Notes under the pieces: generated by a model
The model's database searches: none
What the model was told of the DNA's origin: nothing
The model's input: the letters and a program-made list of their open reading frames with translations, nothing else
Program-made: the position numbers and the translations under genes
Assembly (NCBI GenBank): GCA_963739045.1
Contig: CAVTYY010000011.1
Span: forward strand, 76,685 to 140,684
Length of the DNA: 64,000 bases
Source of the DNA: an uncultured Bacillaceae bacterium
GTDB lineage: Bacteria > Bacillota > Bacilli > Bacillales > Halobacillaceae
Direction of reading: 5' to 3'
In this document: positions 34,423 to 44,505 of the stretch, piece after piece
How the letters are laid out: each line of letters begins with the position of its first letter
Numbering within the stretch: position 1 is the stretch's first letter

Positions 34423-34460
34423 AAAATAAAAACCGCACTGCCAAACAGCTACAGTGCGGC
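34423..34460 (-). terminator. Rho-independent terminator after frr
   Basis: Stem ccgcactg / cagtgcgg (34433-34440 / 34452-34459). The minus-strand tail is TTTTTATTTT. Confidence 0.8.
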
Positions 34461-34496
34461 TTCATACACCAAATGGCATACTAAGATGGAAGGAGA

Positions 34497-35054
34497 TCAA
34501 ACTTCCATAATTTCTTCTTCTTTTGTTTTTGCGAGCTGATCGATTTTATCAACGTGGGTATTCGTAACTTTTTGAACATCATCTTGATAAGAACGAAGCT
34601 CATCTTCCGTCAGATCATTGTCTTTTTCCGCTTTTTTCAGACGATCGTTTGATTCACGGCGAATATTACGGATCTGAACTTTCGCTTCTTCTGAATATTT
34701 ACCGACTACTTTAGCTAAATCTTTACGCCGCTCTTCAGTTAGAGCGGGAATGTTAATACGGACGATGTTCCCGTCACTGGACGGTGACAGACCAAGATCT
34801 GCTTTTTGAATCGCCTTTTCAACTTCAGCAATCGCTGATTTATCATAAGGTGTAATAACGAGAAGACGAGGTTCTGGTGCTGAAACTTGAGCTAGTTGAT
34901 TCAGCGGTGTGGCCGCTCCATAATAATCGACATAGACAGAATCAAGAATACCAGGATTCGCACGACCTGCACGTACTGTAGCTAATTGACGGGAAAAAGC
35001 CTGAACGGCTTGCTCCATTTGTTGTTTAGTTTCGTTAATCACTGCATCTGACAT
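34497..35054 (-). CDS. frr: Ribosome recycling factor
   Basis: 185 aa. [21 protein letters not shown] motif. Confidence 0.97.
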   Translation of the reverse strand: MSDAVINETKQQMEQAVQAFSRQLATVRAGRANPGILDSVYVDYYGAATPLNQLAQVSAPEPRLLVITPYDKSAIAEVEKAIQKADLGLSPSSDGNIVRINIPALTEERRKDLAKVVGKYSEEAKVQIRNIRRESNDRLKKAEKDNDLTEDELRSYQDDVQKVTNTHVDKIDQLAKTKEEEIMEV

Positions 35055-35056
35055 GA

Positions 35057-35779
35057 TTATTTCCCCCTTACAATTGTTCCTATATTTTCACCAAGAACAG
35101 CTTTTTTAATATTACCTTCTTCTGTAATAGAGAATACCAGTAAATCGATGTCGTTGTCCATACATAGAGAAGAAGCAGTAGAGTCCATTACTCCAAGACC
35201 TTCATTAAGAACATCCATATAGGAGAGCTGATCGTACTTTTTAGCATCTTCATTTATTTTAGGATCATCGGTATAAACGCCATCCACGTTGTTCTTAGCC
35301 ATTAAAATAACGTCAGCTTCAATTTCTGCGGCGCGCAGGGCTGCGGTAGTATCTGTAGAAAAATAAGGATTTCCTGTACCTGCTGCAAAAATTACGACAC
35401 GTTTCTTTTCTAAGTGGCGAATAGCTTTCCTGCGAATATATGGTTCAGCTACCTGTCTCATCTCAATAGATGTCTGGACTCGCGTAGGAATCCCCATATT
35501 TTCCAGGCTGTCCTGAAGAGCAAGGGAATTCATAACCGTCGCCAGCATGCCCATATAGTCGGCATTAGCTCGATCCATTCCCATTTCACTTCCAACTTTA
35601 CCGCGCCAGATATTACCGCCGCCTACAACAACGGCCACCTCAACACCAAGTTCGGCAACTTCCTTCACCTGACGCGAGACCGATTTAATAATGCTCGGTT
35701 CTAGTCCGAAGCCAGCTTCTCCACTAAGAGCTTCTCCACTAAGTTTAAGTACAATACGACGATAGCGAGCTGTAGTCAT
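35057..35779 (-). CDS. pyrH: UMP kinase
   Basis: [11 protein letters not shown] motif. ATG at 35779 (MTTARY) lies 5 nt after GGAGG. Confidence 0.96.
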   Translation of the reverse strand: MTTARYRRIVLKLSGEALSGEAGFGLEPSIIKSVSRQVKEVAELGVEVAVVVGGGNIWRGKVGSEMGMDRANADYMGMLATVMNSLALQDSLENMGIPTRVQTSIEMRQVAEPYIRRKAIRHLEKKRVVIFAAGTGNPYFSTDTTAALRAAEIEADVILMAKNNVDGVYTDDPKINEDAKKYDQLSYMDVLNEGLGVMDSTASSLCMDNDIDLLVFSITEEGNIKKAVLGENIGTIVRGK

Positions 35780-35850
35780 AGTAACCTCCAATTAATAATG
35801 CTAGTCTTTTCTTTGTCCGCTACAAGTTGATTCAACCTATGTAGCATGTT

Positions 35851-35879
35851 TGAAAATAGGGAACACAATGTGTTCCCTA
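35851..35879 (-). terminator. Rho-independent terminator after tsf
   Basis: 10-bp stem tagggaacac / gtgttcccta with a 3-nt loop. The minus-strand tail is TTTTCA. Confidence 0.75.
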
Positions 35880-35893
35880 CGTTTCTCACACAG

Positions 35894-36778
35894 TTATTTT
35901 TTAACCTGGCTCATTACTTCATCAGCAAAGTTTTCTTCGCGTTTCTCCATACCTTCGCCAACTTCAAAGCGAACAAAATCAGTAATCGCACCACCAGCAG
36001 AGGCTACGAATTTCTTAACTTTTTGATCAGGATCTTTAACGAAATCCTGTTCTAACAGGCAGATTTCCTGGTAAAATTTATTGATACGGCCTTCTACCAT
36101 CTTTTCAACGATGTTTTCAGGCTTACCTTCATTCAACGCTTGAGTTTTCAGAACTTCACGCTCGCTGTTTACTTCTTCTTCAGGAATTTCTTCACGGGAA
36201 ACATAACGCGGATTTACTGCAGCTACATGCATGGCAACATCTTTAGCTGCTGCTTCATCAGTAGAACCTTCAAGAACAGTTAGAACTCCGATATTGCCGC
36301 CCATGTGTAAGTAAGCGCCAAAAGCATCGTTATCTGTTTTTTCTTTGAGTACAAAACGGCGCAGAGAGATTTTTTCGCCGATTTTTGCAACAATATCTGT
36401 GATATAGCTGTTAAGCGTATCCCCTTCACCATGAAGTTTCTGTTCAAGAGCTTCTTCCACAGTAGCTGGTTTTTGGTTAACCAAATGCTTGCCCAATTCA
36501 CTTAGAAGAGACTTAAACTGATCGTTTTTCGTAACGAAGTCAGTTTCACAGTTCACTTCTAAAAGAACAGCCGTATTTCCTGAAACTTCAATATGAGCAG
36601 ATCCTTCTGCTGCAATACGGCCAGCTTTCTTCTGGGCTTTAGAAATACCTTTTTCGCGAAGCCAGTCTAAAGCTTTATCCATGTCCCCGTCATTTTCTGT
36701 AAGAGCTTTTTTACAATCCATCATTCCAGCACCAGTTTTTTCACGAAGTTCTTTTACCATTTTTGCGTTTACAGCCAT
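35894..36778 (-). CDS. tsf: Elongation factor Ts
   Basis: 294 aa. [22 protein letters not shown]-like N-terminus. Confidence 0.97.
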   Translation of the reverse strand: MAVNAKMVKELREKTGAGMMDCKKALTENDGDMDKALDWLREKGISKAQKKAGRIAAEGSAHIEVSGNTAVLLEVNCETDFVTKNDQFKSLLSELGKHLVNQKPATVEEALEQKLHGEGDTLNSYITDIVAKIGEKISLRRFVLKEKTDNDAFGAYLHMGGNIGVLTVLEGSTDEAAAKDVAMHVAAVNPRYVSREEIPEEEVNSEREVLKTQALNEGKPENIVEKMVEGRINKFYQEICLLEQDFVKDPDQKVKKFVASAGGAITDFVRFEVGEGMEKREENFADEVMSQVKK

Positions 36779-36819
36779 TGTTATGCCTCCTTATAAAATG
36801 TAACCGTTATTTAACCCTT

Positions 36820-36857
36820 TAAAAAAGGTGATAAAAGGTCTGCCCCCTTATCACCTT
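36820..36857 (-). terminator. Stem-loop plus T-run between rpsB and tsf (terminator/attenuator)
   Basis: 10-bp stem aaggtgataa / ttatcacctt (36825-36834 / 36848-36857). The minus-strand tail is TTTTTT. Confidence 0.75.
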
Positions 36858-36869
36858 CTGAAACTATCC

Positions 36870-37610
36870 TTACTCGTTAGCAGTTTCTACTTCTGCTTCA
36901 ACTGCTTCTTCAGTATCTTCAGTTTCTTCGCCTTGTTTTGCTTCAAGAACAGCATCTGCCATTTTTGATGTTAGCAATTTAACAGCACGAATTGCGTCAT
37001 CATTAGCTGGGATGACATAATCAATTTCATCCGGGTCACAGTTCGTATCAACGATACCGACTACCGGGATATTTAATTTATGAGCTTCCGCAATCGCAAT
37101 GCGCTCTTTACGAGGGTCAATGACAAACATTGCAGCTGGAAGGCTATTCATTTCTTTAATACCGCCTAGGAATTTAACAAGACGTTCTTTTTCTTTAAGC
37201 ATGTCAACGACTTCTTTTTTAGGAAGTACTTCAAAAGTACCGTCTTCTTCCATGCGCTCAATATCTTTCATACGGTTGATACGCTTACGGATCGTCTGGA
37301 AGTTTGTAAGTGTTCCGCCTAACCAGCGCTGGTTAATGTAATACATACCACAGCGGTTAGCTTCATCACGAACAGTGTCCTGTGCTTGTTTTTTCGTACC
37401 TACGAATAGGATGTTACCGCCGTCTGCAGCAATATCTCTTACATAGTTGTACGCTTCATCCACCTTTTTAACCGTTTTTTGCAGGTCGATGATGTAAATT
37501 CCGTTACGCTCTGTGAAGATGTATTTTTTCATCTTCGGATTCCAGCGACGGGTTTGGTGTCCAAAATGAACACCAGCTTCTAGCAGCTGTTTCATAGAAA
37601 TAACTGACAT
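36870..37610 (-). CDS. rpsB: 30S ribosomal protein S2
   Basis: 246 aa. [22 protein letters not shown]. Confidence 0.98.
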   Translation of the reverse strand: MSVISMKQLLEAGVHFGHQTRRWNPKMKKYIFTERNGIYIIDLQKTVKKVDEAYNYVRDIAADGGNILFVGTKKQAQDTVRDEANRCGMYYINQRWLGGTLTNFQTIRKRINRMKDIERMEEDGTFEVLPKKEVVDMLKEKERLVKFLGGIKEMNSLPAAMFVIDPRKERIAIAEAHKLNIPVVGIVDTNCDPDEIDYVIPANDDAIRAVKLLTSKMADAVLEAKQGEETEDTEEAVEAEVETANE

Positions 37611-37742
37611 AATTGTTCCTCCTGTTTGGTTTATTAGTATCCTCCGCCTGTTTCATCTTTCTTTAAAAACTCTTAATTTCAGAGCAACCTTATAAAGAAA
37701 TCCAAAGGCGTGTGAATTGACACCGACAGTAAATATACCATA

Positions 37743-38243
37743 TCAGGACCGTTCATTCAAGTCATAACCTGAATTTTTCTGTTGAAATTTAACAACTAAT
37801 TCAATTTCAGTTTTTCCTCTATCCAATTTTTTTGCGATTTGGTCAGTAGTAAGACCTTGATCTTTCAGATGAAGGACCTGCGATTGGAGAGATGGCTGGT
37901 AAGACTCATCTGCTGAGCCGGGAGCAGGCGGCACATAATCTTTCTGTTCCTCTACAGGTGACTTAAATGTAGAACGGGGTTCTATTGAAGGATCAACTGG
38001 TGGTGACGCATTGTTTCTGGTTTGCGGTTCCCGTTCTTTAGAGTGGAGCAACTCGGTCATTCTTTCATTCTCTTCTTTTATTTCCATTAAGTAAGAGGTG
38101 AAGAGATCTTCTATTTCCCTCGCCACTTTCTGCTGCTTTAATTCTAATTCTTCTGTTTTCTTTATCCTGGCAGATAGATTTATGAACGCCAGGATAAGTA
38201 TTCCCACAATAATAAAATTAATCACTAATAAAAAGGCTGTCAT
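37743..38243 (-). CDS. swrB: SwrB-like single-pass membrane protein, last gene of the fla/che block
   Basis: 166 aa. One N-terminal TM helix followed by a charged, proline-rich cytoplasmic part. Position immediately upstream of rpsB and size match B. subtilis SwrB (YlxL). Assigned by synteny and topology only. Confidence 0.5.
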   Translation of the reverse strand: MTAFLLVINFIIVGILILAFINLSARIKKTEELELKQQKVAREIEDLFTSYLMEIKEENERMTELLHSKEREPQTRNNASPPVDPSIEPRSTFKSPVEEQKDYVPPAPGSADESYQPSLQSQVLHLKDQGLTTDQIAKKLDRGKTEIELVVKFQQKNSGYDLNERS

Positions 38244-38321
38244 ACGTACTCCCCTATACTTAACTTTCGCATATCCTGGCGTTAGTCCTTATAGAAACTG
38301 GCTGATTAATATAAAGAGGAA

Positions 38322-39692
38322 CTATGATTTCTGATGAATCATTATTTCTCCTTCTTCAAGGATAGCAAAGACCTTCTGTTTCGTCTCCATGACTTTATAC
38401 TGGTAACGACCAAACCCTAAATTAGTATTGGCAAATAAAGTTCCACTTACTTCTACTCTTGCACCTTGAGCTTCTCCCATAACAGCATCCATGGCAGATA
38501 AAGTGCGCGTCAGATCCTCTAGTTCTTCTTCGACCGAGTTTAAGGAGTTCTTTTGTCTCAGCAGAGTGATTTTGTCCTTAATTTGGTTTTCCCCCTGGTT
38601 TATCTTATTGATCAGCATTTCGCCTAATTTACGAAGTTTGCTTTTTTCTTCTAGTTTTTGATTTTTCATCTGAGTAAACTTCTTCACTTTTTCTTCTACC
38701 TTTTTATTTACTCCTAAGTATAAACCCGTAGGTGTGCTCATCCGGTTCCCTATATCTTTCGCTTCTATTCTGACTCCTGCCGATAACGTTCCTCCAATGA
38801 TATTGCCCTTCTGACAGTAAATACTATCTTTAGCTATACAATGGCTGTGGAGAATGGAATTTTCCACAAATAGATTCTGTCCTGCTTCTATTGATGCCTG
38901 GTTAATATAGCCGACGCGAATATCTAATCCCGCCTGGATAACTGCTTTTCCCAGACCAGAAACCCCTTCCCCCACATAAACCGAACCACCTGCGGTTACT
39001 TCGGCTCCTTCTACCATCCCGAGGATATTAATATCACCATCTGCCTTTAATTGAAAGCCAGAAGGAACATTCCCATTAATTTCAATTGATCCTACAAAGT
39101 CTAGATTGCCCGTTTTCAAATTTAGATCTCCCGGAACCTTAAACAAGGGAAGGACTTTCAGAGACTTTTCATCATAACTTAACTGCCCTGTAAGTTCAGA
39201 ATAAAAACTAGCGTCAGAAGTTTGGTAGGTCACGTTTTTTCCTGCCCTCAGACGTGGATAGATGCCCGGCTTTGCCGGGAGTACTTCCCCATAAACATTC
39301 CTGCCTGGCATCCCTTTTGTAGGAGGAACAACTCTGGCGACTCTTTCGCCTTTTGTAACAGAAGGGATGTTAATTACATCCCGGAAACTCACTTTATCCC
39401 GTGCTTCTATTTCCATTGTAAACGAACGGTCAAAGATTATTTTACCAGGCTTTCCATGCTGAGGTTCTGTACCACAAGCAATTTGCAAAGGGAAAATCAC
39501 CGAATCAAGGCGAGCTGTTAACTGTTCAACCGCTTCACCATCCACCCCGTAAACGAGTCCTTGTTCCTCTAGAAACCTTTGAATCTCTTCGATTGATATT
39601 TGGCTATCTTCAAGCCTGGAGTCCATCTCTATGTATGCTTCCATCTTATTTCTGGACACGGATAAGGTAAAACGGTCTTGAAGTTTATCCAC
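38322..39692 (-). CDS. DUF342/FapA-family protein (beta-helix repeats plus C-terminal coiled coil)
   Basis: 456 aa. Repetitive G-x-I/V-x-G beta-helix-like segment (GNLDFVGSIEINGNVPSGF...GDINILGMVEGAEVTAGGSVYVGEGV...), then a K/E-rich coiled coil. GTG start after GGAGGAGGAAGG. Confidence 0.75.
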   Translation of the reverse strand: MDKLQDRFTLSVSRNKMEAYIEMDSRLEDSQISIEEIQRFLEEQGLVYGVDGEAVEQLTARLDSVIFPLQIACGTEPQHGKPGKIIFDRSFTMEIEARDKVSFRDVINIPSVTKGERVARVVPPTKGMPGRNVYGEVLPAKPGIYPRLRAGKNVTYQTSDASFYSELTGQLSYDEKSLKVLPLFKVPGDLNLKTGNLDFVGSIEINGNVPSGFQLKADGDINILGMVEGAEVTAGGSVYVGEGVSGLGKAVIQAGLDIRVGYINQASIEAGQNLFVENSILHSHCIAKDSIYCQKGNIIGGTLSAGVRIEAKDIGNRMSTPTGLYLGVNKKVEEKVKKFTQMKNQKLEEKSKLRKLGEMLINKINQGENQIKDKITLLRQKNSLNSVEEELEDLTRTLSAMDAVMGEAQGARVEVSGTLFANTNLGFGRYQYKVMETKQKVFAILEEGEIMIHQKS

Positions 39693-39715
39693 CTGAAGCC
39701 TTCCTCCTCCACTTA

Positions 39716-40489
39716 TTATTTTCCTAGATCTTGCAAAGCTCCCTTCAATTTAAAAATCGCTTTAGCATGGATCTGCGATATTCTTGAAGTTGTTAAATTT
39801 AATAACTGGCCGATCTCTGTGAGAGTAAGTTCTTCATGATAAAAAAGACTGATAACCATTTGTTCTTTTTCGTTTAACTCTTTGATTTGGTCCGCTAACT
39901 CTTGATAATTTTCTTCTTTAATTATTTTCTCATGCGGAGCAGGAGTGGTGTGATCTGGAATGGAGTAGCCAATCCCCTCCTTATGATCATCCTGTCCGTC
40001 CCTTGGCCTTTCTTCCATGGATAAAACATTTGCATAAAGGGAATCTTTCATTGTTTCCTCAACTTCACTGACACTCATATGTAACTGTTCGGCAATCTCA
40101 TCAGCGGCAGCTGGTCTTTGAAATTTTTGCTCTAAACTCTCCGCAGTCTGCTCGATCTTCTTAGCCCTGTCCCGCACAGATCGAGGCAGCCAGTCTTCTT
40201 TTCTTAACCCGTCAATGATTGAACCGCGAATTCTAAAAGAAGCGTACGTATCAAATTTAAGGTCTCTAGCCGGATCGAACTTCTTTAAAGCATCATATAA
40301 ACCAAGCAGCCCTAAACTATTCACATCGTCCTTGCTCACACTTTTCGGCAAATGGGCGGTAATTCTTTGTACATGATAGCTGACTAAATAATAATATCGT
40401 TCTACCAGTTCATTTGCGGCATCCGCTTGCTGGTAAGTTGTCCAAAGCTCCCATAACTCTAGTTCCTGAGTAGATAGTGAACGTGACAT
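39716..40489 (-). CDS. sigD: RNA polymerase sigma-28 factor SigD (FliA family)
   Basis: 257 aa. Sigma-70 regions 2 to 4 (LTLTEIGQLLNLTTSRISQIHAKAI). Located distal to cheD in the fla/che operon. Confidence 0.95.
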   Translation of the reverse strand: MSRSLSTQELELWELWTTYQQADAANELVERYYYLVSYHVQRITAHLPKSVSKDDVNSLGLLGLYDALKKFDPARDLKFDTYASFRIRGSIIDGLRKEDWLPRSVRDRAKKIEQTAESLEQKFQRPAAADEIAEQLHMSVSEVEETMKDSLYANVLSMEERPRDGQDDHKEGIGYSIPDHTTPAPHEKIIKEENYQELADQIKELNEKEQMVISLFYHEELTLTEIGQLLNLTTSRISQIHAKAIFKLKGALQDLGK

Positions 40490-40526
40490 TTAATTCCTCC
40501 CTACTGTAGCAGTAAAATAAGTAGAT

Positions 40527-40832
40527 TCAGTTTTCATCTTTTAATAAAGAGCGAATGACATTCGTCGTTTCTTCTACTGATTCAGGCGTCATTTCATTAC
40601 TAGATTGTTCAGTGCTCTCTTCTCGCTGTCTTTTAAGATACGATGCTTCTGATTCTTTGTTTACATACGCCCACAGCTTGCGATAAATAAACGCCAGAAA
40701 GAAAAAAATAAAGAAGGAAGCTGAGCCATGTAATATTGAAGTTTCCCAAGTGTTTACCGATAGAGAAATACTGATAGTCAGGATGAAAGCGGCGAGTCCC
40801 GATATTAAATTCCAAAGTAGTGTGCCTGCCAT
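40527..40832 (-). CDS. Hypothetical small membrane protein (two TM helices, acidic tail)
   Basis: 101 aa. Its ATG directly abuts the cheD stop (TAAATG). Two hydrophobic helices are followed by an S/E-rich C-terminus. I recognise no family. Confidence 0.6.
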   Translation of the reverse strand: MAGTLLWNLISGLAAFILTISISLSVNTWETSILHGSASFFIFFFLAFIYRKLWAYVNKESEASYLKRQREESTEQSSNEMTPESVEETTNVIRSLLKDEN

Positions 40833-41330
40833 TTAGATTACTGACTCTCCTTTATTCACTGTACGTATGTTTAGCTGCAGTGTCTCAGAATTAAATTCAA
40901 TAGTCCGTCCGTTTTTGCCTCCTGTATCTTCAGCAATGAGCGGAATTTTTAATTCTTTCAGAGACTTCTTTACAGCCGCAACATTTCTTGGACCAATCCT
41001 CATCATGTTGTTCGCCGTTTGAAACTGAAACATTTGGGCGCCTCCGGCAATTTTCGCCTGCAATCGGCCTTTATTCCCTCCATGTTTCTCTAATCCAGCT
41101 ACTAAATCCATAATGGCGGTATCTGCATACTTTGACCGGTTTTTATCCTCTTGCTTGGACATGGAAGACTCAGGGAGCATAACATGAGCCATCCCGGCAA
41201 TTTTTATCCTGTTATCAAATAGTACGACCCCCACACACGACCCTAACCCCGACGTACGGATAATTTGTGGATTCTTCACGATCTTTAAGTCAGCGATACC
41301 CACTTTGATCACTTGTGCCAGGTTATTCAT
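40833..41330 (-). CDS. cheD: Chemoreceptor glutamine deamidase CheD
   Basis: 165 aa. GLGSCVGVVLFD active-site region. Confidence 0.95.
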   Translation of the reverse strand: MNNLAQVIKVGIADLKIVKNPQIIRTSGLGSCVGVVLFDNRIKIAGMAHVMLPESSMSKQEDKNRSKYADTAIMDLVAGLEKHGGNKGRLQAKIAGGAQMFQFQTANNMMRIGPRNVAAVKKSLKELKIPLIAEDTGGKNGRTIEFNSETLQLNIRTVNKGESVI

Positions 41331-41958
41331 CAGATGGTACTCCTAATGCTTTAAAGATCATATCGTAGGAAGCAGGATCAGGGAATAAAAAGAAATGACC
41401 GGTAAGATTTTCATGATCTTCGTCATGCAGAGCTGTTTCTACCACAATTGCTTGATCACTGACTTGTGATAATTCTAGTAAACCATAGCTTAAAATTGCA
41501 CCTGCCATGTCAGTAGATAAGGAAGGGACCGAAAGATAAAGATCCAGCCCAGTAAAATCAGACAATGCGGAAATATAAGACCCTGACAGGATATTCCCTA
41601 GTTCCTGCAGCACAGAAGAGGTAAATTCGTCCACGCTGTCCAGGGGTAGAACGTAACTTGGAAGACCTGCTATTTGTTTAATAAATTGTTCGGCCTGCCT
41701 GGGTTGAAGCAAGAAAAAGATACTGCCAGGTGCCTCTCCATCTATTTTAAGAGCAACGCTGACAACCATTTCTTCCGCTCCGCCTGCGAGCTCCATCACT
41801 TCATCAAAATTTACTAGTTTCACGGAAGGTACGTGCATCTCAACTTTTCTGTTCAGTAGTCTGGAAAGTGATGTCGCAGCATTTCCTGCCCCAATATTTC
41901 CTATTTCCTTAATAACATCCAAATGGAAATCAGTAAATTTATCTTTAAAGCTCATCAT
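41323..41958 (-). CDS. cheC: CheY-P phosphatase CheC
   Basis: 211 aa. DVIKEIGNIGAGNAATSLS and the second repeat LQELGNILSGSY. Confidence 0.93.
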   Translation of the reverse strand: MMSFKDKFTDFHLDVIKEIGNIGAGNAATSLSRLLNRKVEMHVPSVKLVNFDEVMELAGGAEEMVVSVALKIDGEAPGSIFFLLQPRQAEQFIKQIAGLPSYVLPLDSVDEFTSSVLQELGNILSGSYISALSDFTGLDLYLSVPSLSTDMAGAILSYGLLELSQVSDQAIVVETALHDEDHENLTGHFFLFPDPASYDMIFKALGVPSDE

Positions 41959-41959
41959 A

Positions 41960-42430
41960 TCATCCTTCTATTTCTTGTAATTCACTTAATTGTTCACGAT
42001 TCAGGACTTTCTCTAAATTCAGCAGGATCAACAATCGATTCTCAAGTTTAGCAACACCGCGGATATATTCCACCTCAACTGTTCCCACTACTTCTGGTGC
42101 CGGTTCAATGTCATCACTATTTAAATCCAGCACATCATTGGCACCGTCAACGATTAGACCCACGCTCATTCCTTCGATAGTGGAGATAATCATTCTTGTT
42201 TGTTCGTTATAGGGTCCGGCTTCCAAATTAAATCTTCTCCGTAAATCGATGACCGGGGTTACAACTCCCCTTAGGTTAATAACACCTTCTATAAAGACGG
42301 CTGTGTTAGGAATCCGGGTAATAGGCATCATTCGCTCAATGGATCCCACTTGTGAAACGGGAATGGCATACTCTTCATCATTTAGTTGAAAAACAATGGC
42401 TTTTTCCTGTACAACTGATTCTTCAGACAT
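41960..42430 (-). CDS. cheW: Chemotaxis coupling protein CheW
   Basis: 156 aa with a CheW-like domain. Located between cheA and cheC. Confidence 0.95.
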   Translation of the reverse strand: MSEESVVQEKAIVFQLNDEEYAIPVSQVGSIERMMPITRIPNTAVFIEGVINLRGVVTPVIDLRRRFNLEAGPYNEQTRMIISTIEGMSVGLIVDGANDVLDLNSDDIEPAPEVVGTVEVEYIRGVAKLENRLLILLNLEKVLNREQLSELQEIEG

Positions 42431-42443
42431 ATAGGGGCCTCCC

Positions 42444-44486
42444 TTATTTAATTAAGGCATTACTATCAATAATTAAAGCTACTTGTCCATCACCCAGGAT
42501 TGTGGCTCCAGAAATGGCGAATACGCTGGACAAATAATTACCTAATGACTTCAACACCACTTCCTGCTGGCCAATAAATGAATCTACTACCACGCCAGCC
42601 AGCTTGTCATCTTTACGAATAATCACTAGTGAGTAATAGTCATTTTCTTCTTTCGTTTCTGGTACATTAAATAAATCTTTAAGTGAGACTAGGGGAACAA
42701 CCTTCCCCCGAAAATCGATTACTTTCTTATTATGCGCCTTCATAATCTCATCTTTTTTTACAATGGCTGTTTCAATAATAGAAGATAATGGAATGGCATA
42801 TTTTTCTTCCTGCACTTCGACAAGCATAACGGATAGAATAGAAAGTGTAAGCGGGAGCTGGATAGAAAATATACTGCCCTGATTCAGTTCGGAATCAATG
42901 GTAATACTTCCTCCCAGCGACTCGATCGTATTCTTTACTACATCAAGTCCCACTCCCCTGCCAGATAAATCGGAGACAGTATCTGCAGTAGAAAATCCAC
43001 TGGCCATGAGTAGTTCATAGACTTGTTTATTCGTCATGCTTTCAGCTTGTTCGCCCGTTACAATGTTATTCTTCACAGCTTTTTCAATAACTTTATTTCT
43101 ATTAATTCCTGCCCCATCATCAGAGATTTCAATGAACACGTGATTACCACTGTGATAAGCTTTCAATTCAATGCGGCCAGTACCACCTTTCCCATTTGCT
43201 TCCCTGATCTCCGGGGACTCTATCCCATGATCCAGAGCATTCCTGATCAGGTGAACGAGGGGATCTCCAATTTCATCGATGACGGTGCGATCCAACTCTG
43301 TTTCTGCGCCGATAATTTCTAAGTCGATTTGTTTATTTAGATCACGCGAAAGCTGACGGACCATGCGAGGAAAACGATTAAATACTTGCTCTATTGGAAC
43401 CATGCGCATAGTTAAGATAATGCTTTGCAAGTCGCTGGAAATTCTGGACATACGTTCAACTGTTTCTTGAAGTTCGTCATGCTTAAGATCATTAGAGATT
43501 TGTTCAAGTCTTCCCCTGTCAATCACTAACTCTTCAAAAAGGTTCATCAGGACATCGAGCCGGTCAATGTTTACGCGAATCGTTTTATTGGGATTCGATT
43601 TCGCCTGGGCTTTGTGTTCTTGATTTGCATCAGCTTCAGGTTCTAAAGGAGATGGACGACCGGCTTTTCCTTCGTTTGAGTCAGGCAGCTGCTGAGTTTG
43701 ATTTTGTTCGGCCAAATACGTTTTGGTAGAAAAGGTTTTCACTTCTGTCTTTTCTATTTCAGAAACCTTTAAAATCCTATTTTGAACTTCCTCACCTGTT
43801 TGTTCGGTAATAAGGAGGACTTGAAAACTCGAATCGAATTCCTCATTTTCCAAAGCCTCCACGGCAGGAACCGACTTGATTACCTCTCCAAGCTGATCAA
43901 GGACTTCAAAAACCATATAGACGCGGGCAGCTTTGAGTAGACAATCATCTCGCAGTGTGATGTGAATGTGATAATTATTTTGATTTTGTTCTTCTGATTG
44001 CTCGAGCACCGTTAAGGTGAATTCATCAAGGGTTAATTCTTCTAATGAGTGATTATTCGGTGACTCCACATCCGGAGAAGGAGTGTCAGGATTCGCAGCG
44101 GGATTCTCCCCTTGTTCAATGGCATCCAGCATTTGTACAACCTTGGTCACGTTCCGTTCGCCAGTGCCTCCATCCGCAATATCGATGACCATCGCCTCCA
44201 GGTCATCGACAGAATCAAATACTACGTCAAGGACCTCAGCATTCACCTCGATTTGTTCATTTCTAACAGCATCCAGAACATTTTCCATCTTGTGCGTTAA
44301 ATTAGCGAGGTCTTGATACCCCATAGTTGCTGACATTCCTTTTAACGTATGGGCCGAGCGAAAAATTTCTCCAACAATGGAGAGATTCTGCGGCTGTTTT
44401 TCCAAATCCAGCAGATGATCGTTAATGGATTGCAGATGCTCTCTGCTCTCATCAATAAATACTTCTAGGTACTGACTCGTTTCCAA
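42444..44486 (-). CDS. cheA: Chemotaxis histidine kinase CheA
   Basis: 680 aa. HPt site SAHTLKGMS, HATPase G-box GRGVGLDVV and C-terminal CheW-like domain. TTG start after AAGGGGGA. Confidence 0.96.
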   Translation of the reverse strand: METSQYLEVFIDESREHLQSINDHLLDLEKQPQNLSIVGEIFRSAHTLKGMSATMGYQDLANLTHKMENVLDAVRNEQIEVNAEVLDVVFDSVDDLEAMVIDIADGGTGERNVTKVVQMLDAIEQGENPAANPDTPSPDVESPNNHSLEELTLDEFTLTVLEQSEEQNQNNYHIHITLRDDCLLKAARVYMVFEVLDQLGEVIKSVPAVEALENEEFDSSFQVLLITEQTGEEVQNRILKVSEIEKTEVKTFSTKTYLAEQNQTQQLPDSNEGKAGRPSPLEPEADANQEHKAQAKSNPNKTIRVNIDRLDVLMNLFEELVIDRGRLEQISNDLKHDELQETVERMSRISSDLQSIILTMRMVPIEQVFNRFPRMVRQLSRDLNKQIDLEIIGAETELDRTVIDEIGDPLVHLIRNALDHGIESPEIREANGKGGTGRIELKAYHSGNHVFIEISDDGAGINRNKVIEKAVKNNIVTGEQAESMTNKQVYELLMASGFSTADTVSDLSGRGVGLDVVKNTIESLGGSITIDSELNQGSIFSIQLPLTLSILSVMLVEVQEEKYAIPLSSIIETAIVKKDEIMKAHNKKVIDFRGKVVPLVSLKDLFNVPETKEENDYYSLVIIRKDDKLAGVVVDSFIGQQEVVLKSLGNYLSSVFAISGATILGDGQVALIIDSNALIK

Positions 44487-44505
44487 CGTCTATTCCCCCT
44501 TGTGG

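Noticed and set aside
34318-34539. 73-aa plus-strand ORF in the frr-uppS spacer.
   Set aside because: It reads through the frr terminator into the frr 3' end on the opposite strand. It has no SD sequence and is the only would-be plus-strand gene in 64 kb.
37611-37742. Terminator expected at the end of the fla/che operon, before rpsB.
   Set aside because: Only a 4-bp stem (ctct/agag) followed by TTTTT is visible, which is too weak to call. Read-through into rpsB or a non-canonical terminator cannot be excluded.
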